DNA of 39,002 nt, from positions 15,650,633 through 15,689,634 of the forward strand of contig NC_069000.1 of assembly GCF_001194135.2 (NCBI RefSeq). Reading direction: 5' to 3'. A model generated the notes under the pieces. The model was given only the letters and a program-made list of their open reading frames with translations, was not told where the DNA came from and did not search any database. Origin of the DNA: Octopus bimaculoides (Eukaryota). The translations under genes were made by a program, and so were the position numbers. How positions within the stretch are numbered: the first letter of the stretch is position 1; each line of letters begins with the position of its first letter. Positions 23,834-33,500 of the stretch are shown here, one piece after another.

Positions 23834-24961
23834 CATAATAATAATCATAATAATAATCATAATAATAATCATAATAATAGAAGTCCACTGTCAACCATGA
23901 AATGCCTATGAATAGCAAGTACTAATGTCATTGGAGTTCCTTGTGCAATATGAAAAATGCAGCCCCCAAAATCTGAGCATGATCCAAGTATATGGGTCTT
24001 CATTTTGATATACTTTGAAGGTAAGTAATGAAAGTATATAATTCTGTTTTGTTTGTTTTGTTTTGTTTTGTTTTATCTTGTTGCTTTTTTTTTTTTTAAT
24101 TTGAAAACATGCAAATCTAAAACTTTAATTAAATGAATGGAATGGATGTGGGAGAGCATGTTTCAATCTTAGCAGTTGTGAATATGTAAATATCTTATAG
24201 CAAAGTACTGAAAAGCTGTAACACATTGAATTAAATCTCCTTGCTAACAGCAATATCATGAGTTTTGGTTACTAACTATATACACTGCTGAAGTTGGTGC
24301 TTGTCACAGCTACTGCCAGGCCTTTAAAACCAAGTTCAAAAAGAAAAAAAAATCAAAACTTCTTCTTCAGAATTGTCCTTGGTTCCTAGGAAACCCTTGA
24401 GAAAAAAAAAAACAAGAATAGAAATTTTAATTAGTAAGGTAGAAATAAAACTGTGGAAGAATTAACATGAAATGAGTCAGTCTTAGAAGCACACGATACT
24501 GTACTAGCAATAGAAAAGGCATACAGTGGTGACATTACATCTGTGGGCCAGAGAGTAAGAAAGTGTTGTTGAGTGACTTCATGCTAATCAATTGAGAGGC
24601 CATTTTTGTCCAACCATGCCAGTATGGAACATGGATGTAACATGATGGTGATGATGATAATGATGGTATACATATAAGATTCACTGCCACACAAGAGGGG
24701 TTTGTTATCTGTCTTCCATAAAAAGCACATCCAGTCACTGTACTGTTTCATGCCCAAAGGACTAAGAGAAATGTTACCTTGCTTGACAATAGGTGAGGGT
24801 TAAAAAACACAAGAACACCAGCTATAGAAAATCTGCCTCAACAAATTTTGACTGACCCATGCAAGCATGGAAAAGTAGACAAGATGATGATGATGACGAT
24901 ACACATGCATTTTTATAAAAGAAAAAATACTAACCCATTTTCAAATAAAGATCACTTTTGT

Positions 24962-25018
24962 TTATGGTTTGAATGAAGTATTCAAAGTAGAAACTTGTTC
25001 GGTGCTAGTCTTAGGCCA
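24962..25018 (-). CDS. Candidate terminal coding exon of the TSR gene
   Basis: ttattacag|TGG CCT AAG...CCA TAA. Phase 0 matches the preceding exon, and WPKTSTEQVSTLNTSFKP* continues the Ser/Thr-rich composition. Confidence 0.4.
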   Translation of the reverse strand, partial: WPKTSTEQVSTLNTSFKP

Positions 25019-25061
25019 CTGTAATAATAAAGATAATAACAATAATAATAATGATAATGAT

Positions 25062-25400
25062 ATTCCCTAAAAGAAATGGAAAAACTTTCAAAATACAAAG
25101 ACCTGGAAATAGAGGTAACTCGAATGTAGAATCTAAAAACAGAAACAATTCCTATCATAGTAGGTGCCTTAGGTATAATAAAAAAATATTCAGACAAATA
25201 CATAACAAAAACACCAGGACTTACAAATATATATAACATACAGAAAATTGCACTACTGGGTACTGCACACATTCTACGCAAAACACTTTCAATACAGTAA
25301 ACATAAGAGCACCACAGCAAACCACAGCACATACCCAAGGCACACAGAGCTGCGCTCGGTAGTGAAGTGAAAGCATGTTATAAAAATAAAACTACTGAAC
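25062..25400 (+). mobile_element. R4/Dong-like non-LTR retrotransposon 3' end (restriction-like endonuclease C-terminus plus 3' UTR) in (TAA)n
   Basis: SLKEMEKLSKYKDLEIEVTRM*NLKTETIPIIVGALG...IQKIALLGTAHILRKTLSIQ*, with one premature TAG at 25127 and TAA-repeat flanks. Confidence 0.8.
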
Positions 25401-25478
<78 letters not shown>

Positions 25479-25479
25479 C

Positions 25480-25690
25480 TATTCTACTGTAGGCACAAGG
25501 CCTGAAATTCTGGGGGAGGGGATTAGTTGATTACATCGACCCCAATGTGTAACTGGTACTTAATTTATCAATCCTGAAAGGATGAAAGGCGAAGTCGACC
25601 CTGGCGGCATTTGAACTCAGAACACGAAGACAGGCAAATTACCGCTAAGCATTTCACACAGCATGCTAATGATTCTGTCAGCTAGCTGCC

Positions 25691-25692
<2 letters not shown>
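25480..25692 (-). mobile_element. SINE family B
   Basis: Same motifs as the arrays; (TAA)n/(GAT)n flanks. Confidence 0.8.
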
Positions 25693-25722
<30 letters not shown>

Positions 25723-25726
<4 letters not shown>

Positions 25727-26193
25727 GCCCTGATGCAGTACTAGACAGTGGTTCCCATGGGTTCTGATCTTATCTGATTGGAGGTGTTATCATGTATATT
25801 GTTTTGTCTTGGTATAAAAGATGGGCTACAGCAAATACTCTGCTCAATACCACAGATTTGCTTGTCAGTTGTTTGACCTTAACCAGTTGATCATGTCCTT
25901 TGATGGCTGACAATATGTGCATCTCTGATTACAAGTGGAAGTAGAGGGGAATTCTTTGGGGTTTGGATAATTCACCTCTTGAAACATGGGTATTTCATTC
26001 AACATCCTTAAACAAGCCTTATTCAGGGACCTTTTGAGCAGGATGGGCTACTTGACCTGACGAAAATTCTAACTGGGTCCCACATGCAAAGTCATGTGCT
26101 GTTAATCTTGATATGCGATCACCATGTCACACTGATATGGTTGTGATGCACGTGCCTGGTGTACCCTTATCAGACTGGTAGTCATGATGGGTA
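25723..26193 (+). mobile_element. Second copy of the ~500-bp (TAA)n-associated element
   Basis: (TAA)n followed by aaatgccctgatgcag...; collinear with the reverse complement of 1350-1805. Confidence 0.75.
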
Positions 26194-26502
26194 ATTCTGT
26201 TTAAGAAAGTCAAAAGAGCATGCACAGTGAATGTATTGGGTTGATGTTTTGTTTAAGATGGAAAAAAGACGGGGCGAGACGTTTTGAACGGGGCGAGACG
26301 TTTTGAGCATGGTTCTTCGTTTGAAAATTATATGTCCATGTCCAACCTATGTTAGCACGAAAAGAAATGGACATGAAATGAACAAATGGATTACATGTTT
26401 AAAGTGTGAAAATGAATAATTTTGAAGAAAAATTTTATGATTAAGTTGCTTGAAAACAGGTAAAAATGGAAATAGTTTATGAGACTATAGAAATAGACTT
26501 AC

Positions 26503-26591
26503 CATAGTTGTTAGGTTATGCAATGTTGATTCTATAAGATATTGTTCAGTAAGTTCTGTTGTTCTAATTGTTGTTGTTTTATGACTGGAAA
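26503..26591 (-). CDS. Thr-rich exon of the TSR gene
   Basis: ttttcag|TT TCC ... ATG|gtaagt, phase 1 to 0. Encodes VSSHKTTTIRTTELTEQYLIESTLHNLTTM. Confidence 0.65.
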
Positions 26592-28231
26592 CTGAAAATG
26601 TACATTAATATATATACATTAATAAGTATATCCTCTCTTTTGTTAAAGGCTTTTGGCCTTACTGTGATAAACAGCTGTGAGGGATTATCCCTCTAATGAT
26701 CTTGCTATCCACCATTATAATTTTGTAAGGATTATTTAGGGCCTCTTTGATTTTATGTGTGTAGGCATGACTGTTTGCCTCCCAGCCACATCATTTTAAC
26801 TTCAGTCCCACTGCATGGCACCCTGGAAAAGAGCCTTCTATTATATCCCCATGGATAACCTAATCCTTATAAGTGGATTCGGTTGACAGGAAATGAAAGC
26901 GACCTGTTGAAAATATTAAAGGATGAAAGGCAAAGTTGACCTCAGAGGGATTAGAACTTGGAATGTAAAGAGCCAGAAGAAATGTCACTAGGCATTCTAT
27001 CCAACTTGCTAATGATTCTACTTGCTCACCGCCTTAATAATAATAACCCTTTCTATTTGAGGCACAAGGCCTGAAATTTTGGGGAAGGGGCTAGTCATTT
27101 ATTTTGACCCCCAGTGCTTGACTGGTACTTCTTTTATCGACCCTGAAAGGATGAAAGGCAAAGTTGACTTTGGAGGAATTTGAACGGACAAAATGCCACA
27201 CTAAGCATTTTGTCCAGTGTGCTAACAACTCTACCTGCTAACTGCTTTAATAATAACAATCATAATAACAACCCTTTCTACTACAGACACAAAGCCTGAA
27301 ATTTTGTGGGAGGGGACTAATTGATCACGTTGACCTCAGTGTTTCACTGGTACTTAATTTATCGACCCCGAAAGGATAAGAGGCAAAGTCGACCTCGGCG
27401 GAATTTGAACTCAGAACGTAAAGACAGACGAAATACCACTAAGCATTTTGCTTGGTGTAACTAACGATTCTGCCAGCTCACCGCCTTAGCAATAATATTA
27501 ATGATAATCATAATCCTTTCTACTCTACACACAAGGCCTAGATTTTTCTGGGAGGGTGGGAACAAGCGATCACATCAACTCCAGTACTTGACTGGTACTC
27601 AATTTATCGACCCCAAAAGGATAAAAGGCAAAGTCGACCTCAGCGGAATTTGAACTCAGAACGTGAAGCCTAGCATGCAAGCTATTCTGCAAGGTCACCG
27701 CTTCATTAACACCATTTATATTCCTTTCTACTACAGGCACAAGGACTGAAATTTTGGTGAAGTGGTTTAGTCAATTACATTGACACCAGTACTCCACTTT
27801 TATCGACTCCAAAAGGATGAAAGGCAAAGTCGACGTTGGAAGAATTTTAACTCAGAACATAAAGATGGATGAAATGCTACCAAGCATTTTGTCTAACGAG
27901 CTAATGATTCCGTCAATGAACCACATTATTAACGCCAGGTATATCAAAAACTGGAACATGCTTGGAGTTATCTCCCATACTTAGCAGAATGAATTTTAGA
28001 AATATTGGTTATTAACTAATATTGTATTTTCCTCACCACAAAGTTATTTCTAATTAGCTTTTCAACATTCACTGTATTCTCTATGATAACACAAACTTAA
28101 ATATTTTAGTTAGAATGGTGGGGCTCTAGTTCTTACCCAACTTTCTGCAATAAGGTCGCTCAGCACATTTCCGTATTTCTTCATCGGCACCTGGAAAGAT
28201 ATGGAAGGAGAAAAAGATGAAAACGTAGTAG

Positions 28232-28282
<51 letters not shown>

Positions 28283-28938
28283 NNNNNNNNNNGTGTGTGC
28301 GCGTGCATGTGCGTGCATGCACATGTGCGCTATAAACTATTTTGTATGGTTGATAGGAATGTCAGCTTGGGTGCAAGAGTATATATAAAGCAGACACTCA
28401 ATTCCTGAAATGTGAGCAGTACTTTTAATACCTGACAACGTATTGTTCAAGAATGCTGTATATTCTTCGAAGAATTAAGCTAATCGTCGGAACTCAGTCT
28501 TTTCTATTTTAAGTCCCTCTCAAGTAGTACCTTTAGTTAGTTTACGTCAGCAATTAGAGTTACTTTCACAGAAATACATATTAACTAATCACCTATCGTA
28601 ACTCAGTTTACATCTGTGATGATGATGATCATCATCATCGTTTAACGTCCGCTTTCCATGCTGGCATGGGTTGGGTGGTTTGGCTGAGAACACAGAAAAA
28701 CCGTTAGATTCACTTCAACATTTAAATTTAATTTGCTAAAATATTTTCGTCGCTTTGCGACCGCGACTTGTTCACTGACAGGTCGCGGTCTCAGAGCGAC
28801 GAAAATATTTTGGCAAATTGAATTTAAATGTTGAAGTGAATCTAACGGTTTTTGTGTGTTTTAAATGGCTTACAAACCTTCCAAGCTGCAATTGTGTGTG
28901 TATATATATATATATTTATATAAAGGCATGAAACTGGG

Positions 28939-28977
<39 letters not shown>

Positions 28978-30534
28978 GTATGTGTATGTCTTTGTGTCTC
29001 TTTTTATCCTCTACCACAGCTTGGCAACCAGTGCTGGTGTGTTTGGATTCCCGTGATTTCGCGGTGAAGCGAAAGGAACCGATAAAATAAGTGGCAGGCA
29101 TAAGACAAATAAGTATTGGGGTCGATTCATTCGACTAAAAAAATTTTCAAGGCGGTTCCCCTCTATTTTAAAACATCAATGAAGAGATATTTTAATGAGG
29201 CAATATTTATGCCAAATATGGAATCTTTTTGACAGAATCTTTGATTAACAATTTTGCCTGTCCAATGCACTATCTGTAATACACAGTACATACTTCCCTT
29301 CAGTTTATGTATCATGTATGATACACATTCTCAACCCTTTTCAGCCGCCGGAGGCTTGTGAAAGGAATGCTCTATATCAGGGGTTTTCAAACTGTGGTCT
29401 GCAAGGACAAGACAGGGGGTCCATGGACAGCAAATACTATTTATGGGCAATTTGATTTTATATGTTTTTTAATCGAAATCTTTTAATTGACAATAAACCT
29501 ATTTGTTAAATACTGTTAAATAAATAAATAAATGTAAAAATATATGTTATTTTAAGCAAATATTTATGTATAAATTTCATAAGCGTTTATAAGGGGGTCT
29601 TTAAGGTAAAGCCTGAAATATAAAGGGGTCCGCAAGTCAAAAAGTTTGAAAACCCCTACTCTATATTGCTTAGAACATAATGAAATGAAAGTAAAACTTT
29701 CAAAGCAAGCATGAACGTTTAGGAAAAACTTATAAAAACGTGTAGGCCAGAGAAAAGATTTAAAAATTCGCAATTCAGGGAATTAGTTAAGCTGTTGGCA
29801 ATCAAGCAAATCGATTGTTAACATTTTGGCAGCTTACCACTACCTGTAACCCAAAACTGCAAAACAGCTTGTCTAAAGCTTTAACGATTCTACCAATCCA
29901 CTTTGGTTGAATGTCATACGAGATGAGCAGATATGGCAGTTGGCATATGAATGTGATAAGTATTTGAGAAGTTGGTTAGTAGGTTGTTTGGTTGGGAAGC
30001 ACTGACTGTGAGCGCATGTGCAATGGCGAATGTACTGTTACTAATATTGCGAGCAGTACATTTAATTCAAGATACTTACTGCACCTAGAGGAGAAATATA
30101 TTCTTGGATTCAAAGAACTAATCTTGTTTTAGTGTAATTGTATTTATATTGTTACTTAACTCTCAAACGGCCGTAAATAAACATACTATAGAATAGAAAC
30201 AACATATAACGATATGAACTTGGTGACTTCTTACCCTGGATTGTTGGGCTCGGATCTTTTCTGTTTGGCTGCACCTCCGGAATTTTTCAAGTTTAGTGAA
30301 AATTTTAAAATTCAGTGTATTGATGTAATTTTCCACGCTGAATCTCAGGAGATAATTTACTTTTCCCAGAATTTTTTTTTTGTGTTAAGTTACACAATCA
30401 GAAAACAGGATTTGGAGGCTGTCATTTTGTGCGTGACAGCTCGTGTTGTCAACTGTAAACAAATGAAATATTGGCGGAATTCTACTTTATGCACGCCAAT
30501 ATAACCCCTCGTAACTTTTATATTTTTTGGAATT

Positions 30535-30570
<36 letters not shown>

Positions 30571-33500
30571 AGGAAGAGAGGAACCAAAGTATTTTAGCAT
30601 TAGGTTGAGTCATATTAATGAACGAATATTTATCTCTGTCCGCTTGATGACAGTTGTTCTATCTCAAATATTTGAACTTATTTCCATGGAGCAATTAGAA
30701 TTAAATGGCTTACCTTCAGGACATGGAGCGCCTTTGTGTTGAGGTTTCGGACATGCACACTTTCTCACTCGTCTTTCAATAGCAAAAGGTGAAGTACACT
30801 CCGCAACTGTGCAACGAATCCATTGTGACCAGTGACACCATTTTCCATCCACTTCGTTTTTTAATACGCGATATTAAAAGGAAAATGTAGAAAGAAAAAA
30901 ATTAGATATTCAATAATATCAAACATGTCCAAATTAAAATTGTTTCATAAATTATATTTGAAGATCTACGTATACATATTTCGATCTTAATTGATATAGA
31001 ATGAATTGTGATTATAAATTATGGAAATCAGATTTAAAAAATAGTCGTATTGAAAACTCTTATTGTAAAGGAAAAGAAACTGGACAAAGCACCAAAAGAA
31101 GCCACAGAAAAATGCCTGCAGCCGATCTGGCAGGACATAGAATACCTGACCCGAGGGAAATGTTTTGCCACAGTAGTAGTATATTTCAAAAGTGAAGACA
31201 AAGCAAAAATACATTCGCTGCAACCTTTGAAAACCACAGACATCGTATTGCTGCCGACCCCAGTGCTGAAGTGGTACTTATTTTATCGACCTCGAAAGGA
31301 TGAAAGACAATGTCGATCACGGCAAAATTTGCCAACAGCCTATAATTGAAACCAATTTACATACTCAACTCCTGATTGCTTTCGACTTAAACTTAGAATA
31401 ACAACCACAAGTCTCAATACTTTAGAAGGAAAAAAAAGCTCTCACATCATTAAAAACAGTAAACCTAATAATAAATAATGGACCATTTGCAGATATCTAT
31501 GTCTGCAAAAATGTAACTATAGCTGGCACAAACTAACAGGATGTTTAAGTAACCTTGGAATTTAGCTATGCATTATGTCTAACAGTTTTTTTTTAAATGT
31601 TATTGCACCAAAAAAAAAAAAACGTGATCGCTCCATATTCAAATTGTTCATAACTTTGTCAGTTTAAGATATTTAAGGGGTGGGTAAAATTCTTCCATCA
31701 TATAGTTTCAAATGATTCTACAACATAACCACGATCTTCCCTCTCCTTCAGATGAAAGCAGATGTTATTAATCTTAGTCTTGCTTCAAGACCAGGAACTG
31801 AACATTATCAGTGATAAGGTTACGGCAACACACATGAGTCACACGTTGAAAGATCAAAATCAGTTGTAATTTTATCTCAGCTAAAATCATCATCAGCATC
31901 AACAGCAGCATTTAATGTCCACTTTTCCATGATTTCATGGACCAGACAGAATTCGTGGCAGCAGATTTTCTACGGTCAGGTGCCTTTCCTGTTGCCAACC
32001 TTCATCTGTTTCCAGATAAAGCAATCTTTCCAAAAGGTCAGACATGTTTTTCATGAAAGACTGGAAGCGAACAACATAACTTGTTTAACGGTGATTTTCG
32101 TTTACAACCACCATATGTCGAGACAAGAGAACACACACACACACACATATATATATATGAAATTATTAAATTCATTCCGTTATTAAACACCAACTTAATC
32201 ATGGAATTAAATGGTTTTGATTTACTGTCAGGTGACGTTTAGCCAACCCTGTATAAACGCCTTGAGAATGCGGAAAAGCTCTGGCTTCATGAGCCTGTAG
32301 GGCTCGAAGGAGATTTTTTTAGGAGACAGAACGAAAAGAATGAACAAACAAGAAAGAATGAACAAACAAGAAAGAATGAACAAACAAGAAAGAACGAACG
32401 AACGAAAGGAAAAAAGTAGAGAAGAAAATGAAATATTAGTTTCGAATTTTGGCACAAGCCAGCAAGTTCGAGGGAGTGGTCAAGTCGATTACATTGACAC
32501 CAGTGTTCACCTGGTATTTATTTTATCGACTCCGAAAGGATGAAATGCAAAGTCAATCTCGGCGGTATTTGAACACAGAACGTAAAGACCGACGAAATGC
32601 TGCTAATCATTTTGCCCGGCGTGCTAACAATTCTGCCAGCTCGCCGTCCTAAGAAAATGAAATATTGACACAAGGAATAGCAAAAAAGAAATAACCAGAG
32701 AAACAATGTGTGATAAAAAAAAAAAAGAAGAAAGAAAGCAAAATCAAAAGGAGAAAGTCCACAGACAGACTGACTTACCTGGACAGTCGATATTGTTATA
32801 ACATTCACGTTTCTCTATCGATCGACCACGACACTGACGGCCGTAATGACGTGGTTTAGGTTTTGTGCATGTTCGATGGCGAGTTTTAAAGCCGCGGATA
32901 CCACTGCATCTTCGAGTATTACAACTACCAAACGCACTCCAGTTTGACCAGCTTCCGTGTATGGATACTAAAAAAAAGACAGGTAGAGTGTGAACATAGG
33001 CAATTAATCAAAGGTGCTGGGTAATTTCAAAGAAAATTTTAAGTTTTCTGTTGAATAATTTCGTCTATACCAGGGGTTTTCAAACTGTGGTCCGCGGAGC
33101 ACAGGGGGTCCGCAAGGGGGTTCATGGACAGCAAATACTTTTTATGGGCAATTTGATTTTATATGTTTTTTAATCGAAATCTTTTAATTGACAATAAACC
33201 TCTTTGTTAAATAGTGTTAAATAAATAAATGTAAAAATATCTGTTATTTTAAGCAAATATTTATGTATAAATTTCATAAGCGCTTATAAGGGGGTCCCTA
33301 AGGTAAAGCCTGAAATATAAAAGGGTCCGCAAGTCAAAAAGTTTGAAAACCCCTGGTCTATTCTATACCTTGCGAATAAGATATCGAATGTGTTGCTGAA
33401 AAGAACAGCCAGCAATGTCAATCGGCCCATCTCACGACGTTCTTAGACACGATGCCTTCATCCTAGCTTGAAAGAGTAAAGGCGCGTGGTTTAGTGGATA

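Noticed and set aside
23955-24026. Plus-strand ATG-started mini exon ending GAAG|gtaagt
   Set aside because: It has a strong donor but no partner exon or homology; probably chance.
26905-27920. CRISPR-like regular array
   Set aside because: The units are ~200-bp SINEs with TAA spacers in eukaryotic DNA, with no short constant repeat, unique spacers or cas genes.
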